Origin: a virus | Length of the DNA stretch: 64,000 nucleotides | Direction: 5' to 3' (one strand) | Virus record (IMG/VR): IMGVR_UViG_3300037089_000506 | Part shown: positions 19,740-29,654 of the stretch, in pieces | Position numbering within the stretch: the first letter of the stretch is position 1 | Layout of the letters: every line of letters starts with the position of its first letter | The notes under the pieces: model-generated | Seen by the model: the letters and a program-made list of their open reading frames with translations, nothing else | Told to the model about the DNA's origin: nothing | The model's database searches: none | Translations under genes and position numbers: made by a program

Positions 19740-20780
19740 CTAACCTCTATATGTTGAATTAGTAGAAATAAACAGGTTTATTACATTGAAATTCTGTGGC
19801 TCTGATTTTAATACAATTTTATCTGTATAATTAGATAATGAAGAAATAGTAGCAATTTGAGGGCGAGTTGATTTTATTGTAATAGTAACAGCATTAGCAG
19901 GTTGTGTAGTGGTAGCGTCAGTATAATCAGAATTATCATAAATGTATAAATTGGTAGTAGGTGTATATATACCTGTAGTTATCTCAAAATTTATATCATC
20001 AGTATAGTTTGCAGTATCGGTAAATCCCCATAATGGTGTTACCTTGAAGATAGTAGAATCAGTATATGATTCTAAACCGGATATTGAATATGATAGTCCT
20101 GTGTATCCAGTGATTGATATTTTCTGTTTTTTCTGTGAAAATAATGTAGGATAGATAGGCAGAGGTATGAATGTTCCTCCTCCTAATGTATTCTTGGTTG
20201 AAGATATAGTAAGAGAAGCTATGAATTTCTCTATAGCCGGTATTGATACTGATTGCTTTTTCTGTGATGGTGAGACTGTACCTACAAATTTTTCTATTCC
20301 TGATAGTAATAATGATTCTTTCTTTTGAGTTAAACTTACTGTACTATAATCAGCAGAGAAAGCAAAACCTACTAATGCTTGTTTCTTTTGGGTTAGAGAT
20401 ATAGTATCTGAAAATATTTCTGAATCAGTGATAGTAATACTATGTTTATTTTGTGAAACAGCAATAGTGCCTATATATACATAAGGGGTATTAGTAGCAG
20501 TAATACTTATAGATTCTTTAGCCTGGACTAGCGTTCCTCCTTGAACAGCAGTTCCTCCAGTCATAGTAATGGCTATTGATTGCTTATTTTGGGATAGAGC
20601 TAGAGTCTCACTAAAAATCTCAGCATCAGTAATAACTACTGAATGTTTCTTTTGGGAAAATGCTAATGAGGAAGAAAATAATTCATTTGAAGTTATTGCC
20701 AATGATTCTTTTTTTTGCGAGACTGCTATTGAGCCTGAAGGGGTACCTTGATTGAAGAACTTAAATAGTAATAAAGACAT
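19740..20780 (-). CDS. virion structural protein with ~20-aa SQKKxS repeats
   Basis: About ten S/TQKK(E/Q/H)S motifs; Ser/Thr-rich; within a late structural block. Confidence 0.55.
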   Translation of the reverse strand: MSLLLFKFFNQGTPSGSIAVSQKKESLAITSNELFSSSLAFSQKKHSVVITDAEIFSETLALSQNKQSIAITMTGGTAVQGGTLVQAKESISITATNTPYVYIGTIAVSQNKHSITITDSEIFSDTISLTQKKQALVGFAFSADYSTVSLTQKKESLLLSGIEKFVGTVSPSQKKQSVSIPAIEKFIASLTISSTKNTLGGGTFIPLPIYPTLFSQKKQKISITGYTGLSYSISGLESYTDSTIFKVTPLWGFTDTANYTDDINFEITTGIYTPTTNLYIYDNSDYTDATTTQPANAVTITIKSTRPQIATISSLSNYTDKIVLKSEPQNFNVINLFISTNSTYRG

Positions 20781-20791
20781 TTAAGCTCCTC

Positions 20792-21274
20792 CTAGAAGTT
20801 TATTAATTCAAACGTGTCTCCCGCACTTGGGGCTCCGGTGAAAGCATTGGTTACAGTAATAAAATAGGTAGAACCGGAGTATCCATTTACCCATTGTACT
20901 TGTCCTGCTAATGTACCTGTTAGAAAGGAACATAATGTGTTAGACCAATAGTTACTTGTAGTTTCAGTTCGTGAAGTTTGAAATGTAGATGCAGTATTAC
21001 TTCCATTAGCTACTACTGTACATATAACTCTATCAGGAACTTCTTGATACACAGTGCCATATTTATAGGCTTCAATAGGGGAAATAGAGGTATCCCCTGA
21101 TATAATATAGGCATAAGGGATACCATAAACAGAAGAAGAAAAATTATAGGAAAATATTCCTGTAGATAATAAAGGAGTCATTACTGTTGATATTACTACC
21201 TGATAATTATCCGTAAGTCTCCAGATACTTATTGTAGGAGTATATTGGGGGTATGCAATACCCCCATTTGTCAT
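20792..21274 (-). CDS. virion structural protein
   Basis: Thr/Ser-rich beta-strand composition; GAGG SD. Confidence 0.5.
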   Translation of the reverse strand: MTNGGIAYPQYTPTISIWRLTDNYQVVISTVMTPLLSTGIFSYNFSSSVYGIPYAYIISGDTSISPIEAYKYGTVYQEVPDRVICTVVANGSNTASTFQTSRTETTSNYWSNTLCSFLTGTLAGQVQWVNGYSGSTYFITVTNAFTGAPSAGDTFELINF

Positions 21275-21305
21275 ATAAGCAGTTATATAGATAATTTTAG
21301 AATCC

Positions 21306-21965
21306 TTATACTGGTATTTCTTCCCAGGTAATTGAGTATCCTACTAATATTGAAGTACCAGCAGCATTCCATGTTGGTACCCAACACATTCCAGGAGTTA
21401 CAACAATTTCGCTATCTATATATTCTATTGCTTTCATTCCTGTTAAATTCGCAATAGTACCAGCAGTATTGAAAAAGATATCAGAAGCACGAATAATCTG
21501 CAATATACTATTACCTGCCAATGCTGTACCGGCAGTAGAAGTCATAACACGAGCCGCACATTGGGTAGCCATAGAGAGATTATTACATTGTATAGCATTT
21601 ACTACAATAGTAGCATTAGTTGGAGCTAAACACCATGAATGGTATAATTGTTCTCCAGCAGCTACTGAAGTACCTGAAATAATACCTACACCAAGTTTGA
21701 GTAAACCTATGTTTACTCCTGACCCCATAGGATTCCATAATGCAAATTGCGTTGAAGAAGCAGCGGCAGCACCATTTAAATTTCCAGCAGCAATATTACT
21801 AGAAGTTACTGGTAATGCTACAGAAAATATTTTCCCTCTTGATGCTTGTTCGTAATATCTACCTTGGGCATCTCCTGTTACCATGGCTCCTAGACGAGTT
21901 GAACGGATAACGGCTGGAGTTCCATCTGCTTGTTGGATTGGACCTACTCTTAATTCTGCTAACAT
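21306..21965 (-). CDS. virion structural protein, paralog 1 of 3
   Basis: Shares YYEQ..G.IFS, FALWNP, ITWEEI with its neighbours. Confidence 0.6.
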   Translation of the reverse strand: MLAELRVGPIQQADGTPAVIRSTRLGAMVTGDAQGRYYEQASRGKIFSVALPVTSSNIAAGNLNGAAAASSTQFALWNPMGSGVNIGLLKLGVGIISGTSVAAGEQLYHSWCLAPTNATIVVNAIQCNNLSMATQCAARVMTSTAGTALAGNSILQIIRASDIFFNTAGTIANLTGMKAIEYIDSEIVVTPGMCWVPTWNAAGTSILVGYSITWEEIPV

Positions 21966-21989
21966 TCTATTCTCCCTTATATTCCTATA

Positions 21990-22640
21990 TTAAATTGCAA
22001 TCTCTTCCCAGGTAATTGATCCACCCCAAGTAACAGCAGTAGCAGAGGGCCATAATGGCACCCACATTGTACCTGGAGCAATAACAATATCACCATCGAT
22101 ATATTCTACCATTTTTAATCCATTCAATACTGCTATTGACCCTGCTGTCATCCAAAAGTCTGCCATACGAATGTATGTAGTGGCACCACCACCAGTTAGA
22201 GCTGAACCACCTTGGTTAGTCATACCTTTGGCTACTGATGCAGCTCCACCTAAATTGTTATTTTGAATACCACCAGTATAAAATGAAGAGTTAATGGTTG
22301 GTACTATTGAAGCCATACCATGCATAATAGGTCCAGCAGGTGAGGTACCAGCAATAGTAAATACAGTGAATTTCAGTAAACTTAAATTCTTACCTGTATT
22401 CACTGGGTTCCACAGTGCGAATTGCGTTGAAGCAGCAGCTCCAGCTCCATAGATATTTCCAGCAGCAATAGAGCCTGAAGAGGCTGGAAACGCTAAACTA
22501 AAAATATTATTACGAACTGTTTGCTCATAATAACGACCTTGACCATCGGCTTTAGCCATACCACCAATACGAGTAATACGAGCAGGGTTTACTGAGCCGT
22601 CTGCCTGTTGATTTGGTCCTACTTTCGCTTCTGCTAACAT
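21990..22640 (-). CDS. virion structural protein, paralog 2 of 3
   Basis: Same motifs as paralog 1. Confidence 0.6.
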   Translation of the reverse strand: MLAEAKVGPNQQADGSVNPARITRIGGMAKADGQGRYYEQTVRNNIFSLAFPASSGSIAAGNIYGAGAAASTQFALWNPVNTGKNLSLLKFTVFTIAGTSPAGPIMHGMASIVPTINSSFYTGGIQNNNLGGAASVAKGMTNQGGSALTGGGATTYIRMADFWMTAGSIAVLNGLKMVEYIDGDIVIAPGTMWVPLWPSATAVTWGGSITWEEIAI

Positions 22641-22660
22641 TCTATTCTCCTATATATCGA

Positions 22661-23656
22661 CTAAACTGGAATTTCTTCCCACGTAATTGAATACCCTACA
22701 TACCATGCTGTCCCTGCTGCTGACCAACAGGGCGTCCAATAGCTTCCCGGACCTATAACAATATCACCATCTATATACTCTATTGCCTTCATTCCTGCTA
22801 AGTTAGCTTCACTACCTGCTGTCATCCAAAAATCTGCTAAACGAAGCATTCCTAAAGTAGCAGTATTTGTATTAAGCCCTGTAGCAGCAATTCCTGCTGT
22901 ATTGACAATGGCACGAGCCACACAGTTAGCAGGAAGTCCAGTGTTATTACATTGGATTACGTTCCCCCCTACATTTACTATAGTACAGCTACCAGGGACA
23001 GTAACACCAGCAGTAGTTCCTGTTACTGCTAATGCTGTTAATCCTAATGGTTTTGAGCCTATAATAGTAACAGTAGCTGAAGTTCCGCCTGCATTTGTAG
23101 CTGTCCAAACTTGAGTAGATGTACCTGCTACTCCATTCATCGTAGCTACTATCAAATTTGATGCTTGCTGTACAGTATTACCATTAGGAACTGAAGTAGT
23201 AATACCATCAATAATAATTGTACCAGGAGAACCAGACTCAGTTGATCCACCTAAAGTTACGGCTTGTATTGGTGTACCCTGAATTGAAGAAAATATAGTA
23301 GGCTGTGTAGCTAATGAAATATTAGTAACTACATGCATCATAGCGCCAGCAGGAGAAGTACCAGAGATAGGTGCTACACCAAATTTTAATAAACTCAAAT
23401 TCTTTCCAGAGTTTAGTGGATTCCATAATGAGAATTGGGTTAAAGGGTTTGCTCCTGATAAAGGATATATATTTCCAACTTGAGCTACAGCGTTTGTTGC
23501 TGGTAGCACTAAACTAAAAATATTTCCTCTTGATGCATTTTCATAGTATTTACCTTGACTCTCTGCTGTTACTAAATTCTGAACACGAGAGAAACGTGTA
23601 GGTGCATTATACCCATCTTGTGCTGTTACTGTTCCCGCTTTTGTTTCTGCAAACAT
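22661..23656 (-). CDS. virion structural protein, paralog 3 of 3, with an inserted ~95-aa module
   Basis: Same motifs plus an internal insertion. Confidence 0.6.
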   Translation of the reverse strand: MFAETKAGTVTAQDGYNAPTRFSRVQNLVTAESQGKYYENASRGNIFSLVLPATNAVAQVGNIYPLSGANPLTQFSLWNPLNSGKNLSLLKFGVAPISGTSPAGAMMHVVTNISLATQPTIFSSIQGTPIQAVTLGGSTESGSPGTIIIDGITTSVPNGNTVQQASNLIVATMNGVAGTSTQVWTATNAGGTSATVTIIGSKPLGLTALAVTGTTAGVTVPGSCTIVNVGGNVIQCNNTGLPANCVARAIVNTAGIAATGLNTNTATLGMLRLADFWMTAGSEANLAGMKAIEYIDGDIVIGPGSYWTPCWSAAGTAWYVGYSITWEEIPV

Positions 23657-23667
23657 ACTTTATTCCT

Positions 23668-24816
23668 TTATCTAATCTCTACCAAGTTGTAATAAGAGGA
23701 GGATGAATACCCTTGAGAAAAACTTATTCCCATAGTATTAGATACACCACCCTCTAAAGCATATAATTCGTAGTCTTGCTTTATTAATAAGTCCCATTCC
23801 TGTTGTTCCACTGTTAATTGCGCTTGTTCTGCTACCCTAATTCTATAAGAATCTTGATCTATTTCTACTCTCAACCTAGATTTATCTGGTCCTATATTAG
23901 CATAGTTAGAAATTAAAGATTTATTTTGTCTAAAATCATATACCCAATAAGTAGTATTACTTGGATAAGGAGCAGGAGTAATACCAGAAGTAGTTAGAAT
24001 ACATCTATATACTTGAGGTATACTTCCAGAACCATTAGGACCTGCCCATAATACTGTATCTCCTGGTTGATACCCACCACCGAGAGCGGCAGTAGCATAG
24101 TAGGGGTTCCAATAATCAATAGAAGTTAATGCATCTTTAGATAAACCAGCATCATAAGTAAATAACTCTGAAGAAGTAGGCTTTTGTACTACAGTTCCAA
24201 CTCCACCAGATACAGTGGCTGTACCTGTCACTGTCACACCAGTATTGGATATAATACCAAAAATAGAAGGTTCTCCAGAGAGAGCTATTGTTACTTGAGG
24301 TGTACCAGCGGTAGCAGTAGAGAATCTACATTGAAAACGTTCAATTCCTGATAAAGGAAATCTATAAATACCATTAGTAGTAGCAGTAGTAATTGGTTGG
24401 CCTTGAGTAGTAATATTAATACCTAATAAGGAATAATATGTACCACCACCAGCAGAGAAGTTTGAACCTTCAAAAGTAACAGTACCAACCCAGGCCCCTG
24501 AAAGTTGTACAGTAGCTGTATCAAAATTACGAGTATCGATACCAAAAACAGTGCTAGGTCCATTTAATGCTAATATACCAGAGTACACTACATCCTTGGT
24601 TATCATATCAACTTTTAGACGTTGCGTTTCCGGGTCTGTTAATCGAGTGCTCCCAAATACTTCCTCCATGTTTGTATCATAGGTGAAGTTAAGTTGCATC
24701 TGTCCTTTCTCATTATCATAGCTCTCTTGTTGATCCTGGGTGCTTACTCCTGTTAGAAAATATCTTTCTTGAGGTAAGTTTGGTGAGCCTGAGATAGAAG
24801 CAGCATTAATAATCAT
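23668..24816 (-). CDS. virion structural/fibre-like protein
   Basis: VQLSGAWVGTVTFEGSN beta-sandwich motif typical of phage structural proteins; late motif at 24821. Confidence 0.5.
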   Translation of the reverse strand: MIINAASISGSPNLPQERYFLTGVSTQDQQESYDNEKGQMQLNFTYDTNMEEVFGSTRLTDPETQRLKVDMITKDVVYSGILALNGPSTVFGIDTRNFDTATVQLSGAWVGTVTFEGSNFSAGGGTYYSLLGINITTQGQPITTATTNGIYRFPLSGIERFQCRFSTATAGTPQVTIALSGEPSIFGIISNTGVTVTGTATVSGGVGTVVQKPTSSELFTYDAGLSKDALTSIDYWNPYYATAALGGGYQPGDTVLWAGPNGSGSIPQVYRCILTTSGITPAPYPSNTTYWVYDFRQNKSLISNYANIGPDKSRLRVEIDQDSYRIRVAEQAQLTVEQQEWDLLIKQDYELYALEGGVSNTMGISFSQGYSSSSYYNLVEIR

Positions 24817-24829
24817 ACCTAATTAGTCC

Positions 24830-25243
24830 TTATTCCGTCACTGAATATACAAATCCTGTAATAGATACAGTAGCACCAGAGGATATAGACGTAGAATTTA
24901 TATTCAAGTCACAACCTACAGTTCCCACAGAACCGTCGCAGACAGTTGAAGCTCCGTTTGTAATTCTAAACCACGTTGCCGTTGAAGAGTAAGAAGCGCT
25001 CACATTGGAAATAGAACCAAAAGTAATGGTAACTACATTTGTACCTGTTGCCACTGTATTTAAGGTATATACTGGTAATGTGAATGTAGCTAAAACATGC
25101 TGTCCTGAAGTTGCTGTATTGGCATTTGCTGGTTGTAATCCATCGTAAATTGTTAGTGTAGCCCCACCAAACCATGAGGCTGAATTTAGTATATTTGCCA
25201 AAGCTGTAGCAGAAACGTTTGACAAATTAAATGTGCTTGCCAT
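24830..25243 (-). CDS. small virion structural protein
   Basis: GATLTIYDGLQPANAN...VLATFTL...ATWFRI motif common in phage structural genes. Confidence 0.55.
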   Translation of the reverse strand: MASTFNLSNVSATALANILNSASWFGGATLTIYDGLQPANANTATSGQHVLATFTLPVYTLNTVATGTNVVTITFGSISNVSASYSSTATWFRITNGASTVCDGSVGTVGCDLNINSTSISSGATVSITGFVYSVTE

Positions 25244-25435
25244 CTATAATCTCCTAATACTTTCTAATTAGTTGTCGAATTGGTTCATATTATCTGATAT
25301 AAAAATGTATTGAGCATTAGAAATATTAGGAGTAATAACAAAGCTTACTGAATCTGTATATATTTCAGTATCTACATTAGACACTGGATTAGGATAATAG
25401 GGTAGAGTTATGCTTATATTTTCTGTTAAGTCCAT

Positions 25436-25939
25436 TTAATTCCCGAGGAATGTCAATTGCCATGTAACTTGTAATGTGGAGGATATACTAACGTTTTGAG
25501 AAGGTACGTTTACATAAGATAAGCACGTTGTAGTAGAACCCTGAACATTGGCTGAAGTTATACATGCTTCATTTATCCCTACTACGTTCAATGAACCAGC
25601 AGCAAATAAGAATACAAAGTTTAATATATTCTGCCCTGAATTACCCCAAGTGCCTACAAGTTGAGGATAGGTGGATGATACCAACTGTCCTGAACCAGTT
25701 TGAGTATTTACCCATGTTTGATTTTTGTTATTTGACCCTGTGTATCCTGTACCTAAAATAACGTAGCAGTTAGTTCCATTTATCTTCTGTCTGGCAGGGG
25801 ATAAAGAGAGTAAATCTGCTATGTATGAATCGCCCTGAGTTGTTACAATATTATGATTATACACTTCTGACTCAATATTTCCAAACCTATCTCTAACAGT
25901 AAACGTGACTAAACCTGTAGGGCTCATTATATTTTCCAT
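25436..25939 (-). CDS. tail/baseplate-associated (tail-collar-like) protein; a 55-aa ORF follows at ~25269..25436
   Basis: HNIVTTQG..YIADLL, ILGTG, INEAC pattern. Confidence 0.5.
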   Translation of the reverse strand: MENIMSPTGLVTFTVRDRFGNIESEVYNHNIVTTQGDSYIADLLSLSPARQKINGTNCYVILGTGYTGSNNKNQTWVNTQTGSGQLVSSTYPQLVGTWGNSGQNILNFVFLFAAGSLNVVGINEACITSANVQGSTTTCLSYVNVPSQNVSISSTLQVTWQLTFLGN

Positions 25940-25985
25940 TACAACCTCTATATTGAATTAGTAGTAGAAATTAGACTAAATAGTA

Positions 25986-27485
25986 ATGAATGTTTTAGAT
26001 AATCCCAATTTTATTCAATGGTTTGGGCAAAGCAAAATAAAAGATAAAGAGGGATATCCTATAGTATGCTATAAATTTGTTCCAAAAGAAACTAATAGTA
26101 TTGAAGTGCCTAATGGTTTAGAACAAAAAGCTATTTTTTTAACATATAGTAAAAAAGCTGCATTACTACGGGGTGGGAATGTAGTACCTCTTTATGTAAA
26201 GATGGAGATGCCCTTTGATATTAGCAATAGGAAGAAAAGTAGAGATTATATTGAATGGAGATTGAAGCATAATACTATGGAAAGTGTTATTGATTATGCT
26301 AAAAGAACAGGTAGAGATGGTATTATTAATAATTCTCTAAATGAATTAATGGTATTTACTTCTAATCAAGTGAAATCAGCAGATAAAAATAATGGTGAAT
26401 TCTCTATAAAATCTAATAATTTATATGAAAGTAGTGCAATCCCTGAAATAGACCCTTATCTGATAGATACTCCTATTTCAAAAAAAATTATTAATCAATA
26501 TGAGATTACTGACGAACCTCTAGATGCTTTTTTCATTCTGGCTGATGGACAATTATTAGATGGCTCTGGTAGGAATATTGGTAATAGAAATGGTGGTAGA
26601 ATTTTAGATCATCATGAAATAGGGAGTTTTGTTAAATTGTTCCAAGATAACTATCATAAAAGAATGCTATATGCAATGAAGAGGTCAGGGGCAATCAGAC
26701 TGGATGCAAAAATAGGCTATATTGCTACTGTGGGTAGACCTAATGGAGCGCAGATTAGAGCTATATTGAATATGTTCCATGGAAAAGAAATAAGAATAGA
26801 CTATTATTCATCTTCTTTAGACTGGATTACAGGACAAATGATACCCGCCACTAAAGAGCAATTAGAATGGTTTTTTAAGTATCCTTTAGACCCTCTATCC
26901 CAGTATACAGAAATGGCATACCCCGCCGGATTTAGTATGGAAACTCTTTTAAGCTTCTCTTCCTATTCTGATAGAATAAAATATGCTAATAAAAATTTAG
27001 AATATATTAATCATGGATCGTCACGGACAGTATTTGGTGTTGATGAGAAAAAAGTATTAAAAGTAGCAAGGAATGATAGGGGATTAGCACAAAATGGGGC
27101 TGAAGTAAGATTTAGTAAAAAACAAATACCAATATGTGCCCGTGTATTTAAGTGGGCAGACGATAATAGTTTTATTGAAATGGAAAGGGCAGAACCTATC
27201 GACGATATGGCTATATTCGAATATGGCACAGGTATTACTAGTATGTTCCTTTTTCATGAATATTTAGGAGAACTTTCATATAGAGAAGATAAGGTTAATA
27301 TAAAAGGTTTTACTGATAATCCCTGGGTTCAAGAATTAGTAAAATTTGCTAAAGATAATAAGTATGAATTACCAGGGGATTTTACTACTCTATCTGCCTA
27401 TGGTATTGTTCATAGAAAAGAAGGATGGAGAGTAGTTATTATTGACTATGGTCTTACTCCTTCGGTGCATAACGATTATTATTAA
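25986..27485 (+). CDS. ART-PolyVal-like domain + unknown domain + protein-kinase-like domain fusion
   Basis: NPNFIQWFGQSKIKD..G.PIVCY; FILADGQLLDGSG...DHHEI; kinase motifs HGSSRTVF, VLKVA, GDF, IIDYG. Confidence 0.6.
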   Translation: MNVLDNPNFIQWFGQSKIKDKEGYPIVCYKFVPKETNSIEVPNGLEQKAIFLTYSKKAALLRGGNVVPLYVKMEMPFDISNRKKSRDYIEWRLKHNTMESVIDYAKRTGRDGIINNSLNELMVFTSNQVKSADKNNGEFSIKSNNLYESSAIPEIDPYLIDTPISKKIINQYEITDEPLDAFFILADGQLLDGSGRNIGNRNGGRILDHHEIGSFVKLFQDNYHKRMLYAMKRSGAIRLDAKIGYIATVGRPNGAQIRAILNMFHGKEIRIDYYSSSLDWITGQMIPATKEQLEWFFKYPLDPLSQYTEMAYPAGFSMETLLSFSSYSDRIKYANKNLEYINHGSSRTVFGVDEKKVLKVARNDRGLAQNGAEVRFSKKQIPICARVFKWADDNSFIEMERAEPIDDMAIFEYGTGITSMFLFHEYLGELSYREDKVNIKGFTDNPWVQELVKFAKDNKYELPGDFTTLSAYGIVHRKEGWRVVIIDYGLTPSVHNDYY

Positions 27486-27502
27486 TAGATAGGAGAACAA
27501 TA

Positions 27503-28213
27503 ATGAGTATAATAAGTGAGTTTCTATTAGAAGATAATTTCCATCTCAATGAGAAGTACCCTAATGGGTTTGATATGAAAACACTTAAAAGTTTAGATAA
27601 CTATGATGATAGGCTAGAGTATGTTGATAAATATTTAGAAAAGTTAGGAGAGGGTAGCTCCCGAGCTGTGTATGCTGTAGATGAAAAAAAAGTATTAAAA
27701 GTAGCAACGGGGGATAATGGCATAGGTCAAAATGAGGCTGAATTTAGGTTTGGTAAGAAACAGCATGGTTCCTCCTCTAATACATATCAATTTACAGGAA
27801 AAGGTTATAATATATGTTCTAGAATATATGATTGGGATGAAGATTACAGATTCCTAGAGGTAGAACGGGCAGAGAGCTTTAATAATGATGGGGATGAAGA
27901 TGGACAAGCACTCTTTTGTTATATAACAGGTTTTAAAGAGTTTGATGACCTTAGATATGCATTAAATCGTCTTAATTGGGAGTGGGGTAGCGGCGCTACT
28001 ATTAAACAAATACATACAAAACCAGAAAAAATGTATGTAAAAAATTTACCCTGGCTTCAGGAGCTTTATACATTTACTTCTAAAAATAGATACTATATTC
28101 CTGGTGATTTCGCTCGTCTTTCTACGTATGGGGCTGTAATGAGAGAAGGTAAACCTCAGATTATTATTGTTGATTATGGTTTTACTCCCAGTGTAGAGTA
28201 CAACTATTACTAA
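27503..28213 (+). CDS. protein-kinase-like protein, paralog of the preceding C-terminal domain
   Basis: LGEGSSRAVY, VLKVA...QNEAE, GDFAR...YG, IVDYG. Confidence 0.7.
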   Translation: MSIISEFLLEDNFHLNEKYPNGFDMKTLKSLDNYDDRLEYVDKYLEKLGEGSSRAVYAVDEKKVLKVATGDNGIGQNEAEFRFGKKQHGSSSNTYQFTGKGYNICSRIYDWDEDYRFLEVERAESFNNDGDEDGQALFCYITGFKEFDDLRYALNRLNWEWGSGATIKQIHTKPEKMYVKNLPWLQELYTFTSKNRYYIPGDFARLSTYGAVMREGKPQIIIVDYGFTPSVEYNYY

Positions 28214-28236
28214 AACTCTATTTTCACTAAGTAAAA

Positions 28237-28677
28237 ATGAATAATGAAGCTGAATGCTGCACAATAATAAAGAATAGCTTTATTACATTAGGACAAGTAA
28301 TGTGGAAGATTCCTGACCCATCAGGGCAATATACTCAAACTATCCAACGGCCCTTTGACTTGTTTGGCACTTGGCGTGGAAAGCCTATATATATGGAAGT
28401 AAAATATATTAATAAACTGAAATCCTTTGATTTACAGAGGATAGAGGAACATCAAATTACTAGTCTACTTGCCCTAAAGAACGCTTTACCTGAATCTATC
28501 TGTTGTATTGCTTTAGGGGTGAAGGTAGGCAGAGGGGACAATAGAATTTATTTTTTTACTGATATTTATGATATAGAGCGAAGAAGAACAAATAAGCAAA
28601 ACTATAAAAAAAAGGAACTTGAATCATTACCTTATTATCCTATCCATAAGGATTTAATACAGCTTGAGACTAATTAG
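28237..28677 (+). CDS. RecU-like Holliday junction resolvase (PD-(D/E)XK)
   Basis: RPFDLFG..RGKPIYMEVK...IEEHQI. Confidence 0.65.
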   Translation: MNNEAECCTIIKNSFITLGQVMWKIPDPSGQYTQTIQRPFDLFGTWRGKPIYMEVKYINKLKSFDLQRIEEHQITSLLALKNALPESICCIALGVKVGRGDNRIYFFTDIYDIERRRTNKQNYKKKELESLPYYPIHKDLIQLETN

Positions 28678-28691
28678 AGGAGGAACATAAA

Positions 28692-28955
28692 ATTTTATAC
28701 GAGTATAAGTGTGAAATCTGCGGAAAAACAGTAAACAAGAATCTACCCATGATGGAAGTACATCCTAAATTTATAAAATGTAAATGCGGGAATAAGGCTT
28801 ATAGGAATTGGAGTTCGTATACAGTGAAGATTCCAGAGCATTTCCAGTCTCAAAATGAACTGTATAATAATAATACAGCTTCTGACTATAATTATATTTC
28901 AGGAAGAATGAAACACGGGGATTTACCCTCAGGTAGAAGACATGCAATCTATTAA
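28692..28955 (+). CDS. FmdB-family zinc-ribbon protein, probable ATT start
   Basis: The frame extends upstream of the tracked ATG to (M)LYEYKCEICG...KCKCG; GAGGAGG SD 8 nt before ATT. Confidence 0.6.
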   Translation: MLYEYKCEICGKTVNKNLPMMEVHPKFIKCKCGNKAYRNWSSYTVKIPEHFQSQNELYNNNTASDYNYISGRMKHGDLPSGRRHAIY

Positions 28956-28967
28956 TGAGAAAAAACT

Positions 28968-29654
28968 ATGGGAATAATTTATTGTGCTACAAATAAAATA
29001 AATGGGAAGATTTATATTGGTGAAACAATTCAATGTTTGAAAAAAAGAATGGCACAACATAAATCTGCTGGATTATGTAATTCTGAATATTATTTTCATA
29101 GGGCTATAAAAAAATATGGATGGGATAATTTTTATTTTATAGTACTTGAATATCTTGATAATACTGAAATATTTGAAAAAGAAAATATGTGGATAATAGC
29201 TTCTAATGCTAATAACCCTAATATTGGTTATAATATGAATGAAGGGGGAAAGGGGCAGAGAGGAAATCATAATTCCTATCAAAAAAAACACAAAAAATGG
29301 TCAGAAGAGTCTAAAAAAAGATTTAGTGAATCTCATACTGGGAGTAAAAATTATAATTTTGGTAAACATTTTTCTGAGAAGCATAGAGAGAAATTAAGAT
29401 TATCAAATATAGGTAAAAACAAGGGTAAGCATCATACTGATGAATCTAAAATAAAGATAGGTAATAGAAGTAGGGGATATCAGAATCCTAATGCTCACCC
29501 TATTATTAATAATGATACCCAAGAAGTATTTTTAACTATTCAAAAAGCTGTAAATAAGTATAAAATAATATCCTCAAATGTAGTAAAATGTTGTCAAGGG
29601 AAAAGAAATACCTGCGGTGGCTATCATTGGGCATATTATAAGGAAGAAAATTAA
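28968..29654 (+). mobile_element. free-standing GIY-YIG homing endonuclease
   Basis: GIIYCATNKINGKIYIGET, GYNMNEGG, NUMOD3-like HFSEKHREKL, GGYHWAY. Confidence 0.9.
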
